A DNA stretch of 64,000 nt. It comes from Candidatus Poribacteria bacterium (lineage in GTDB: Bacteria; Poribacteria; WGA-4E; PCPOR2b). The stretch is taken from contig OZ244042.1 in NCBI GenBank assembly GCA_965215015.1, positions 3,584,001-3,648,000 on the forward strand, in the 5' to 3' direction. Each line of letters begins with the position of its first letter. Positions within the stretch are counted from its first letter, which is position 1. The notes under the pieces are model-generated. The model was given only the letters and a program-made list of their open reading frames with translations. It was not told the DNA's origin and ran no database searches. A program made the position numbers and the translations under genes. Positions 38,426 through 48,900 of this stretch are shown here, in pieces.

Positions 38426-39463
38426 TTACGGCGAATCATCATGAGATTGTCCATCGGGATGCGTATGACCCTTTGGTGCATCACGGGAAGGTTCCCTATT
38501 CTCCCCCTGCTCGCGGGAGGATACAGAAGGGTCCTCACGCTCAAATCGCCGAGCCGCTTCAGGATCTATCTCCCGCAGACGACGGAGTCCCTCCTCCAAG
38601 CCGTACTCGTCTATCAACTGCCGTCCCTTATCAAAACGTTCCAGCGATAACTCTTCACTCAGTTCCGCTTTTACGTTTTTCGCAGTTTGAGTTGTTATTG
38701 GTGGGTTGGTTGGCGTTGAGTGTCCATGCCCATCTTCAAAAGGTGCCTGGGTTGTCTCATCCGGGCAGCACGGGTCTATCGTTACAGCCGAATGCTCGGA
38801 ACCTCCCTGCTCAGACGTCTCCCATTCTGTCCAATGCTCAGGCGTGAAAAACTCATCTCCGTTTTCCATGGCGCGCTGGGTGGCCATGTAAATCGTTGCA
38901 GCACCGTCAATGTCACCCCCTTCTACTAAAACATCCACCATCTCTTCACCGACAGAAACAGGCAGCCTGTTGTCATTGGTCATGTTTGATAGCACCAATT
39001 GACCGATTTTGTTCGACAGGAACGGATCTCCTCCCTCGACATTGAGAATTCCAAGTTCTTGCTGCAATTTTAGCATCTCCTCTTGAAGCGCGAGCAGCTC
39101 TAATATCTTCGTGGGATCTCGAGTCGATTGGGGTTTGATGAACTGCGCCTCAATCTCCCGAAGTCTATTGATTTTCTCAAGATTCGGATTCTTTTGAGGA
39201 GGCGATCCCTCCTGCCCTTGTTCAGGTTGGGGTGAGGATACAGACTCTTTCGCAGTTTGTTGATCTGTGCGAATCTCTGAGCGTTCCGGCACGTTATATA
39301 CCTTTTCATTTTCAACCGGGACGGAGTTGCCTGATTTACCTGAAAACATTGGAAACACCCAAAGTCCGACTATCAGTGAAAGCGGTGTCCCAATTCCTAT
39401 GAATAGGAGGTATCGTTTAATTATACCCCCGAAGTATTGGTCTAAAAGCGGATACATAGTCAT
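38426..39463 (-). CDS. Membrane-anchored hypothetical protein with low-complexity linkers
   Basis: AGGAGG RBS, an N-terminal TM helix and a C-terminal helical motif LIDEYGLEEGLRRLREIDPEAARRFE. Confidence 0.75.
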   Translation of the reverse strand: MTMYPLLDQYFGGIIKRYLLFIGIGTPLSLIVGLWVFPMFSGKSGNSVPVENEKVYNVPERSEIRTDQQTAKESVSSPQPEQGQEGSPPQKNPNLEKINRLREIEAQFIKPQSTRDPTKILELLALQEEMLKLQQELGILNVEGGDPFLSNKIGQLVLSNMTNDNRLPVSVGEEMVDVLVEGGDIDGAATIYMATQRAMENGDEFFTPEHWTEWETSEQGGSEHSAVTIDPCCPDETTQAPFEDGHGHSTPTNPPITTQTAKNVKAELSEELSLERFDKGRQLIDEYGLEEGLRRLREIDPEAARRFEREDPSVSSREQGENREPSRDAPKGHTHPDGQSHDDSP

Positions 39464-39872
39464 AACCTCCTAAAACAGGTTAATTTGCGTAGCATCCAGA
39501 CTGTATGCAGGGATGATACCCACCTCGGTGGGTTGTCCGTCAGTTCCTGGCTCATTGAGCCTACCCCCCTCAATCCCCCCGCAAGCAGGGGGAAGAGATA
39601 CCGTGTGGGTATTCGGGACTGAGGGGGGCGAACTCGGGTTCTGTGGCACGATTTCTTAACATGAGCGAATATCTTTATCAATGCCATTCGATGCCGAAAA
39701 GGGGTGAGGGGGCACTGAATCAGCTGCTTTCGTTTTGACGCTTTTTATAATTTGGCAGAATATTCCCTATCTGAATCATACCACAAATCTATACTCTTAT
39801 CAATTTTTTTTTGAAAAAACGTACAATTTACTCTTGACATTCTTAACTATCAAGACTAAGAGAGCGAAAAAG

Positions 39873-40784
39873 ATGAATCAAATTGTGGTATTGGAAAATC
39901 GAGCGGGTTTGTTGGAAGCGGACCTCCCGGAAGCAATCGCATGGGACAGCTTATCGGCCAACACCCAAAGAGCATATCAGCAGGTTTACGACAAACTAAA
40001 TGTGTGGCTGATGGGTAGACCGCTCAGTGATACTTTGCTTGCAGCGTACTTATGCGAGTTGGACCAGGCGGGCAAATCACCCGCAACAATCAGCTTAGTT
40101 GCTACCGCTGTCAAGTGGTATCTTAAGACGACAAAGCAAGAATTTTCTTTCAATCTCACAGACCTGAGGTTGAAAACTATCCGCCGGGATAGCAAGACAC
40201 CCGGGCGCGGTCAGGTGGAGGGTTTGACCTGGTCAGAAGTCAAGCGCATGTGTGCGCTTGCCGAGGCGGATAAAACCATTGTTGGGTTGAGGGATTCTGC
40301 GTTGATACGCCTCATGAGTGATTGCCTCTTACGAATCAGCGAAGCGGTCGCAATCAACGTCGAAGATGTCGATTCCGTGTTGCACATCAGGCAGTCGAAG
40401 ACCGATCAGGAACGGGAAGGGGTGACACTGTACATTGGGCCTTCCACGAAGGAGGCGATAAATCGGTATTGTATAGAAGGCAGTATCGTTGAAGGTGCCT
40501 TATTTCGGCGCGTACGGTATCAGAAGCATGTTTGCCCTGGGCGACTATCTGTTGATGGTGCGAGACACGCGATTAAACGTAGGGCAGAAGAAGCGGGATT
40601 CGAGGGGTTTATCTCTGGGCACTCCCTTCGTGTTGGCTCTGCTATATCGCTCGCCCAAGCGGGTGCGTCCGTTGTGGAGATGCAGGTTGCGGGGCGATGG
40701 AAATCACCTCAAATGCCAGCGCATTACGCTCGCGCGGAATTGGCAAATCGAGGCGCGATTGCACGGTTCAAATACGGGAAATGA
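39873..40784 (+). CDS. Cre-like tyrosine recombinase/integrase
   Basis: Complete catalytic set: R (LLRISE), K (SKTD), HxxR (GHSLR), W (GRW), Y (AHY). Start moved to MNQIV. Confidence 0.92.
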   Translation: MNQIVVLENRAGLLEADLPEAIAWDSLSANTQRAYQQVYDKLNVWLMGRPLSDTLLAAYLCELDQAGKSPATISLVATAVKWYLKTTKQEFSFNLTDLRLKTIRRDSKTPGRGQVEGLTWSEVKRMCALAEADKTIVGLRDSALIRLMSDCLLRISEAVAINVEDVDSVLHIRQSKTDQEREGVTLYIGPSTKEAINRYCIEGSIVEGALFRRVRYQKHVCPGRLSVDGARHAIKRRAEEAGFEGFISGHSLRVGSAISLAQAGASVVEMQVAGRWKSPQMPAHYARAELANRGAIARFKYGK

Positions 40785-41105
40785 CAGTTTCGGTATTGTA
40801 ATCACACTTTGTTGTGATATACTAACATAAGTTACTATCTATTTAGGAGCTATGTACCTGAGTTTGTAGTAGTGCAATTCGTTGCGCGTCTTTAAGGGAG
40901 TGGGCATACGCCGTATGCCTACTATTTTTGGATGAACTGGAGCTGCCCGATTTATCGGGCGTTGAGGGGCATGTTCACTGACGATGAATCACCGAAAGAT
41001 ACCAGTACTATTGGGCTATAATCCCGGCTCAATCCCCCGGTGTGTTGCGCGCCCTTTCTGGTGTAGCCTTTGAAGGTTCAACTGCGTAAGCCCTATCTAT
41101 TAAAA

Positions 41106-41202
41106 AGAAACCGGGTTTTTCGTTCTCGAATGGCCTGATCTCGGTTAAGTCGGTTGGATTTTCCCTCAAATCGTGTTTTTGTCTGTCAAAAACTTGGTTT
41201 CT
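41106..41202. repeat. 97-bp MITE/REP-like element with 15-bp imperfect terminal inverted repeats
   Basis: agaaaccgggttttt...aaaaacttggtttct; related to the 8529-8564 palindrome. Confidence 0.6.
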
Positions 41203-41631
41203 AACGCTTGGAGGTAAAGGACTGATAAGGAACGCGGGGCTGCGTTCCTACGTTTGCCAAACACCCCTTGTTTTATCAAGGCGGTAACTCAGGTTGTACT
41301 ATATCCCAACAAAGGCGTAAACATAGGCTATCCCTCCCTCTATGACAAATCCGCAGGTATAAATTTAATGGGTTTAGCGGGTACACCGCAATTTGCTACC
41401 CAAAACTTTGCTACTCAAAACCACGGACCCTTCAAGATTGGGGCCAATAGATTAACCTGTTTCAAAGCCTGTCTTTGATCGGAGCAAAGGTGCACCAGTG
41501 CCAAGGAGAATGAGCCCCAATACCCGGTACTGTCGCGCAATATGCCGGGCTTATTGAGTTTAGGCTATTGCGTGACTGTGTTGGTATCTTCTGGATTTGG
41601 TATGACAAACCACGATAGGAGTTAGCGCGAA

Positions 41632-43116
41632 ATGTCTGAAAAACCCAATGTTTTGATGATTATGACAGACCAGCAGAAAGCTACCGCCAGTCACCTCTAT
41701 GGCAATACCTTTTGCGAGACACCTTCCATGGAACGCTTGGCGAGCGAAGGGGTGCTCTTTGAACATGCCTTTACGCCCCATCCCCTGTGCGTTCCAGCGC
41801 GAATTTCGCTCTGGACCTCGCAGTTCCCACATTCACACGGTGGTAGACGCAATCAGACCCTGATGCCAGAGGGTGTGCCCCATGCGTTCCAGCTCTGGAA
41901 GGCTGCCGGATATCACACGGGCTTGATTGGCAAAAATCACTGTTTTGAGCGAGCAGAGGATTTAGCACTTTTCGATACCTGGTGCGAGATTGGCCATGGT
42001 TGGATGTCAGGACACGCGGAGACGCGCGGCATGGAATGGTTTCGCCCAATAGAGGGGATTCGAGCTGCCCATGAGCTGCGGCGGACAATGGTGCCTCAGA
42101 ACCCACGCTTCGGTTATGCTACCTCCGATTTTCCGCTGGAGGACTATTCCACAGGGTTGATTGCGGGTCAGACAGTTCGTTTCCTAGAAGCCCACCGAGA
42201 TGAACCCTTTGCGTTATGGGTTTCATTCCCAGATCCGCACGAGCCTTGGGTCGCGCCGGAGCAGTACGCTGCGATGTTCCCACCGGAGAAGATTGATCTA
42301 CCTCCTTGGCGGGAGGGCGAATTTGACGCACCCGCGCCTGAACGGAACCGCGTACTGTATCAGATGCTAGGGGTGGAATCAGATGCCCTCGAAGATGTGT
42401 ATGGTATGATGGGGGTCTATTACGGTATGGTACGGTTTATTGACGACGGTTTAGGACAGATTTTGGACGTGCTAGAAAATCTTGGTCTGCGCGAAAACAC
42501 AATCGTGGTGTTCTGCTCCGACCATGGGGACTTCATCGGCGAGCATCGGATGCAGTGCAAGGGTGGTGTCTTCTACGACTGCCTGACTCGCGTGCCGCTG
42601 ATTGTCTCTCTGCCCGGTGAGATTGCTGCCAATGTGCGGGATAGTAGCATGGTGAATCTAATTGACATCGTACCGACGCTGTTGGAACTTCAAGGATTAA
42701 ACATACCCCGCTCAATGCACGGCGAGGGACTTCCAACCGTCACCGCCGCTGAACCTCGCGACGTAACATTTTCCGAATACGGCACTGGAGGACCGCCCTT
42801 CCGAATGACAGATTTAGAGAAGCTACCTCAACCGTATGGTAGACGCGCCTTGATACAGTCTCTGCAATGGCGCGAAGCGGAAGGCAGACGTAAGATGGCA
42901 CGGACCCGATCGTGGAAGTATGTGCACGATCCGATGGGTGACCGGGACGAACTTTATGATCTGGAGAACGACCCGTGGGAGTTGGAGAATGTCGTGGACA
43001 ATCCGGCACACCGGGAGGTACTGGCAGACCTAAGGTTGCGTTTGGCAGATTGGAGCATTCGGACGGAGGATGCGAAGCCTGTACCATTGCCTGAAGAAGA
43101 ACACATGAACCCTTAA
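41632..43116 (+). CDS. Sulfatase (formylglycine-dependent, Cys-type)
   Basis: TDQ, CVPAR, GKNH, PDPH, SDHG and ELYDLENDP.E motifs. Confidence 0.95.
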   Translation: MSEKPNVLMIMTDQQKATASHLYGNTFCETPSMERLASEGVLFEHAFTPHPLCVPARISLWTSQFPHSHGGRRNQTLMPEGVPHAFQLWKAAGYHTGLIGKNHCFERAEDLALFDTWCEIGHGWMSGHAETRGMEWFRPIEGIRAAHELRRTMVPQNPRFGYATSDFPLEDYSTGLIAGQTVRFLEAHRDEPFALWVSFPDPHEPWVAPEQYAAMFPPEKIDLPPWREGEFDAPAPERNRVLYQMLGVESDALEDVYGMMGVYYGMVRFIDDGLGQILDVLENLGLRENTIVVFCSDHGDFIGEHRMQCKGGVFYDCLTRVPLIVSLPGEIAANVRDSSMVNLIDIVPTLLELQGLNIPRSMHGEGLPTVTAAEPRDVTFSEYGTGGPPFRMTDLEKLPQPYGRRALIQSLQWREAEGRRKMARTRSWKYVHDPMGDRDELYDLENDPWELENVVDNPAHREVLADLRLRLADWSIRTEDAKPVPLPEEEHMNP

Positions 43117-43148
43117 TCGTCCCAATCTCATTGGGCTGGAGAGAAATT

Positions 43149-44126
43149 ATGGATTTTATAAAAAGCAACGTACCTCTACCAGAAAGGCTTATCCCGGAGT
43201 TGACCGCATTCTGGGAAGAAATTTTTGAGACTCCCTATGAAGATTTCAAGAGCATTTTCGCCGGCGATGAAACCGAAGCCAACAAGGATATCCTCTACCT
43301 GATGCGGCAGGGGCAAGACTTGGCGGGCACCTCCCATCTTACAGTTGGCAAGGCAGAACCGCGGTTGGGAGGATTGGGAGAGGTGGCGACACCACCTGCG
43401 TTTCGGCGTCAGGGGATTGCTGCCGCGCTGTGCGAATCCGCGCTCGACGATTTTCGCAGACAAGGTGGCGAGGCGTTTTTTCTCGGTACAGGCAATCCAG
43501 AGGCGGCACGGATATATTATCGGCTCGGCTGGCGGAAACTCGCCGGTGCCAACGTGATGGCACTGATCGTATCAGACAACTCGCCGGAGACGTTTCTGGT
43601 GGACTACTTCAGGGAAGCAGAGGGGCAGACCTCCATTATACCGGGAACGGCAGCACAACGGATTCCCATGATTCCCTTGATTGTTTGTCCGCACGACTGG
43701 CAGGTGTTGGACGCCAACACGGGTATATTTTCGACCCGCTATGCCCTACAATCGTCGTGTATGGGATTGTATCCGAAATACGATGCACTCGTTCGACAGC
43801 AGAGTGGTGCATGGTTTGGGACACAGACAGCCAGTAGGCACCTAGTTGGGCTGGCGACAGCACGCCTTGACGAATCTGGCGTGTGCCATGTGGATGGTTT
43901 TACGCATCAATGCCGATTGGATGCTTGGCAGGATTTGATACAGGCAGCAATGAATTGGGGTGCGGATTGTGGGGCGACAGAGTGGTGTGGAATGCTCTCG
44001 GTCGAAGATGAAGACAAGCGGTCGTTGTTTGAGTCGTTGGGATTTGAAGCGACTGGAGAGGGTGAGGCATTTACGTTGGGAGAACGGCAGGTGCCATCGG
44101 TGCTGCTGAAGCGGCCGGGTAATTGA
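43149..44126 (+). CDS. Tandem GNAT N-acetyltransferase
   Basis: VATPPAFRRQGIA and A.RIYYRLGW; a second degenerate GNAT ending LFESLGF. Confidence 0.85.
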   Translation: MDFIKSNVPLPERLIPELTAFWEEIFETPYEDFKSIFAGDETEANKDILYLMRQGQDLAGTSHLTVGKAEPRLGGLGEVATPPAFRRQGIAAALCESALDDFRRQGGEAFFLGTGNPEAARIYYRLGWRKLAGANVMALIVSDNSPETFLVDYFREAEGQTSIIPGTAAQRIPMIPLIVCPHDWQVLDANTGIFSTRYALQSSCMGLYPKYDALVRQQSGAWFGTQTASRHLVGLATARLDESGVCHVDGFTHQCRLDAWQDLIQAAMNWGADCGATEWCGMLSVEDEDKRSLFESLGFEATGEGEAFTLGERQVPSVLLKRPGN

Positions 44127-44261
44127 GGAGGTATTGTCTGGATCACGGATTCAGCAGATTACGCGGAAAACACGGATAAGCAAACGAAGCTGCCACCGTG
44201 CTATAGTGCCTTCAACAAACCAAATACACAAAAAACCCAACAACCCTACAGAAACCTTTGC

Positions 44262-44425
44262 TCAAGTTACTTTGAATCCCAATTTTATCGGGGCAGAACG
44301 CAGTAGATAATGGTGGAGGTTTCCCAGCCTGCGGGACGATCATAGATTGGAAACCTGTACCACGATTGTAATTGTCAGGTAGTAACTTGAGTAGAAATTC
44401 TGTGGATATCCAGCTAGCAACTTGA
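44262..44425. mobile_element. About 164-bp MITE-like element
   Basis: TCAAGTTACT...AGCAACTTGA terminal inverted repeats; homologous along its length to 57531-57694. Confidence 0.7.
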
Positions 44426-44432
44426 ACAGTTT

Positions 44433-45278
44433 CTACGTCCATGCAGTCTTTCTTGATATGTGATGTTCGTGCTGGTCACGGCGGGGTGGAATTTCCGTAC
44501 CTCTCAATTCGCGGATCAATTCAATAAGTCCCTCGGTCGCCGCTTCCAAGAACTTCTCCCCTTTTTCCTTGGTGGCTTTGGTTGCGTCGCCTAATACGCC
44601 GCTCGCGGTCTGTGAACTCCAGTAAGGTATCAAACGCGCAGCGGACCCTTGGGGGTGAGTTCCCGCGAGCAAATCCGTTTTGAAACTCGGCGGCAACGGC
44701 GACCTTTCATCTACCGCTCGACTCATATCGACCAAATCCGGCTTTAAGGCAAGATAGAGGGCCGTTTCATATTCTCCCCCGTGTGATGTTCCACCATACT
44801 CGGAATCCCTGACCTCGGCACCAACATCCTTAATTTTGCGGGTGTCCCAATGGTTTACTGAAGTACAGAGGATCTTCCCTTCATATTCGATATTTGTCAG
44901 CCGCGCCGCGAGATCGAGGGGAGAGGTATTACTCCCGTGACCATTTACGATGAGGATTCGCTTGAAACCGTGGTGGGCAAGGCTGCAACAGACATCTCTG
45001 ACATACTTGATAAAAGTATCCCAACCAATGGTGAGTGTCCCGTGAAAATCCATGTGATGCGGACTATAACCGTGCGGGACCGGCGGCGCAAGCACTGCCT
45101 CCGATGGGATACGCGCCACAGCGCGTTCACAGATACCTGTGCAAAGGACCACATCCGTATCAACAGGGAGGTGGGGGCCATGGTCTTCATACGTCGCAAC
45201 CGGGAGGACCGCAACACGGTCCTGTTCGGCAGCCTCTTTGGTTTCGTACCAGATCATTTCGGCAAAGCGATATTTCAT
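44433..45278 (-). CDS. Creatininase family amidohydrolase
   Basis: EDHGPHLPVDTD, SPHHMDF.GT, NGHGSN and HGGEYET. Start moved to MKYRF. Confidence 0.92.
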   Translation of the reverse strand: MKYRFAEMIWYETKEAAEQDRVAVLPVATYEDHGPHLPVDTDVVLCTGICERAVARIPSEAVLAPPVPHGYSPHHMDFHGTLTIGWDTFIKYVRDVCCSLAHHGFKRILIVNGHGSNTSPLDLAARLTNIEYEGKILCTSVNHWDTRKIKDVGAEVRDSEYGGTSHGGEYETALYLALKPDLVDMSRAVDERSPLPPSFKTDLLAGTHPQGSAARLIPYWSSQTASGVLGDATKATKEKGEKFLEAATEGLIELIRELRGTEIPPRRDQHEHHISRKTAWT

Positions 45279-45886
45279 TATTTTTTCCTTAATTTTGGGA
45301 TGGTATGATAACCTAAAGTAGTATGCACGTTCCGCCGTGCCGTGATTTCCGCGATGGTTACGGCATGAGGTATCTTCATCAAGCGGCAGGTTCATGGATG
45401 GATTCAGTCGTGCCACGAAGAGAAATTGCCGGTTCCCAATATCGTAGGGGCGGTGTAGTTTCGTGGGTAATATCCAGAAAACGCCTCCCATTATCGGCGT
45501 ACCAAGCACGTGCTGTTCGGGTTTCAGTCAAAATCTGATTGCCATTTCCCTTGACATAGATTAGCCCTTCCACAAATTCCGCGTCCACCGGCCCATCAGG
45601 AGCTGCGCCGGTTTCTGCTCGATACAGTAGCGATTGTTGGGTGGCAGGTGAACGCCGGGGCTGGCGTGCCCTGCCGCTTCTCCCGCTCCCAGGGAGCCGG
45701 TCTGCCAACTTATGTCTCGAATTACACACAGCGCATTGTACAACATACCGAATTTTTTTGCAAACGCTTTCTCCAGTTGACCTTGTGTATGTTTTTGACA
45801 TGGCTATGATTTCATTAGTTGATTTTCCAAAATCGATAGCCTGCATCGAGATCTGAATCTCGACCAACGGGGTTTATCATTCGTAC

Positions 45887-45931
45887 AAAAAAAAACTGCT
45901 AAATGCCTCGTTGCGAGGAGGCATTTAGCAG
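45887..45931 (-). terminator. Rho-independent terminator of the giant surface protein gene
   Basis: 14-bp perfect stem ctgctaaatgcctc/gaggcatttagcag followed by 9 U on the - strand. Confidence 0.9.
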
Positions 45932-45970
45932 CTATGTTAAGTGAATGTATAGTAATGTATAGTGTGGACG

Positions 45971-48900
45971 TTACTTCAGAATCATCATCTTACGGGTTGC
46001 CGAGAATTCTCCTGCACTGAGGCTGTAGAAGTAGATGCCACTGGCAACCTGTTCACCGAAACGGTTTCGCCCGTCCCAGTAGATGGCTTTGGCTCTCGAC
46101 TCATAGACCGCCGCCGTTTGATGCCCCATATCGAGGGTTCGCACCACCTGACCCGCGGTATCGTAGATGGTCAACACCACATCCGCATCTGATGCCAACC
46201 GATACGGTATCCAGGTCTCTGGGTTGAACGGATTCGGATAGTTTCGCAGCAGCTCCGTCTCTGACGGAATCTCATAGGCGATGAGGTCTGCCAACTCAAT
46301 CCGAGTGGCTTTTACATCGTCAACCGTAACGATATGACGCACCGGCTGGACACCGATTAACGGACTCGGTGAATCAGCTGAAATCTCCAGGACATCCCCG
46401 ACCTGTGCCGCATGACCGACCTTCAGGTCAACAAAGGTCATGTTGTAACCTGTGGCCGTCTCGGCAGAGGTCACCCGGTTGAGTGCGGCTTTGGTGGACA
46501 GGTTCTTCACCTTGACCCGGAATCCGTCCTGCACCCCTCCGGTGGTCTCATCAACGACCGAACCGTTGACATCCAGGACGGGGGTTTGACCGGCCACCCG
46601 ATGGCTAAGCAACGCGATAGGTGCAGCCGCCGCCGTGTCCTGACTCCAACCTGTTCCGATAAGGGCAGCGGTTGCATCGGTGGTCGCTGTGACCAGATAG
46701 GCAGCATCCCCCATAACCGGTCCATCACCTGAATCCCCTGCCGCTGCAACGGACTTGTATCCATCCACCGTTGAAACAACGACACTGACGACAACGCCGG
46801 TAGCAAAGAGCCCGGCAATGTCGCTGACATTGGTCAGTCTCGCATCGTTAACGGGTAGGCCGATGAGGTTAGAACCGGCTGTTAGATTGATGGTTGATGC
46901 GCCGTCGTCCCATGCATACCCGGTGAAAGTCACCGTCGCTTCGGCACTCATTGAAACGAGGATACCCAGGTCTGCGGTAATCGGGACATCGTCGCTCCGA
47001 CTATTCCATAAATCGGTGGTATTATCATAGACAATGAGCAGATTGGCGTCGCTGCCGAGCATCTCACGGAGGTCTCCTACCGTGTCGAGCCCCTCAACTG
47101 CCAACGGGACGTGGAACAGGCTCGTACCCGCCGGTATCACAGAGGTATAGGACAGTTTGTTGTCCAACGTAACCATCGCGGTGCCGCTGCCGCTGTTGCC
47201 TGCGGCGTCGATCGCGGTTACGGTGATGGTTTTCGAGCCATTGATGGCTGTGTTATCTTCACTGACAACGACTGAGGCACTATACGAACCATCGGCGCCC
47301 ATCGTCAGACTGACCGCATCGGTTTGGGTGGTGTCTAACATGGAGACATCCGCCATCACGGAGGTGATGCGGCTCGCGTCCGAGACGGTCGCAGAGATTT
47401 CCACCGGCTCACCGTTGGCAACGGTCTCGGGAGACGCCATCGCCATCACGGTCGGCATCGTGCTGTCAAGTGTCAACGCATTGGACACCATCACACTTTG
47501 ACCATTCAGATTGACAGCCACATCATACATACCATCGGCGTGCTGATCAGCGACGACGGTAAACGATCCGCTGTAGGCACCGCTCGATACTTCGGTCATC
47601 GACCGGTCGGTGACAATCGAACCGACGGAGAACATCACGGTTCGACCCGCTGTTCCCATCGCACTGACGGTGACGGTATCACCCGCCATAGCGAGTGCAG
47701 GTTCAATCGTGACGCTGCCTTCGGTAATGGCTATGACAGAGGTTGTGACCGTCACCGGATGGCTTGCCATCGTCAGTCCCGGTGCTGTCGCGGTAATCGT
47801 TGCCATCCCGGGAGTCGAATCTTGATAGTAGACCATCGCTGAGACGTCGCCGGCTGCAACGGTCACGGTGATGCTTTCGGTTCCCGTCCCTTCAGCGAGC
47901 TCAGAGAAGGTGCCTGCGGAGCTGGATGTCAGGGTGACCGACACATCGGACGCCATCGCCACCTCATGCCCATCGGCATCTCTCAACCCGACCGTGATAC
48001 CTAACGGCATCGCCCCGTCGTCGGCAGAAACCGTGCCGGCACTGCTGAGTGTCAGTTGGCTCGGCGTTGAGGCTTGGACGCGCACCGAAACGTTGGACGC
48101 TACTGGGCGACCATCAAAAAGCATGACGAAGTTAGAGACCTCACGGTTGGCGGGGGCGTCGGCATTGTGGTAGGTGAAGCTGATTTCATCCCCCGCTTCG
48201 ACCTCAAGCCCGCCCAATTTCACACGCGCAACCATGTCTCGACCGACCGGTGCCAGTTTCTCGACACTCACCGTCGTCGCAACACCCATATGCCGGTGCA
48301 CCACGGTGTAGGTTCCCTTATTTTCAGGGTCCATCGCCGCACTGCTCGGCGCAGTCCAACCGGCGGGCACCTGCACCCGGAATTCCCGTGGCGCGTTGAT
48401 GATGCCTACGGCGGTGTAGGTAAAGGTCAGGTTCACCCCTGTCGCCCCGGCGTCTACAATTCTCGGTGCGACCTCACCCGAACCGGCCCCCTGTCTTGCC
48501 TCGTCAACATCGACGGTCAGCATGGTCTCATCGCCGGAGACAGGGTCAAACTCATCGGCTGCATCGCCCCCGTGGACTCCAACCGCAAAGGCGACACCGG
48601 TGTCCGCGGTGGGCTTGGGCTGCACATCACCTGTATAGACAAAGGTCACCGTCCCGTTGGCACTCAAGTTGACACCTTCGACGATAGCCATTTGACCACT
48701 AAAGGTGGGTGCGATTGCTGGTGTAATCGACACCGTCTCCGCGGTCGGTGCAGACCAATCGGCGGGAACCTCGAGCCGCACCTTGCCACCGACCATTTGA
48801 CCGGCTGCCGTGTAGGTGACGGTCAGCTCCCTGCCGGTATCACCGGTATGAAGCGTACCCTCCCCATCGGTCACGGCAATGACGGCTTTGCCTTTACCAC

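Noticed and set aside
37544-40784. Classical integron
   Set aside because: The recombinase is Cre-like without the IntI-specific insertion, and no convincing attC (RYYYAAC...GTTRRRY) sites were seen.
40785-41631. Possible tRNA, riboswitch or ncRNA in the long intergenic region
   Set aside because: Only REP/MITE-like hairpins and a short tandem (tttgctac.caaaac twice) were seen; no recognisable RNA family motif. An Rfam scan would be needed.
45379-45867. 162-aa ORF and the 77-aa N-terminal extension of the creatininase ORF
   Set aside because: They run through REP-like sequence and lack motifs; likely spurious or decayed.
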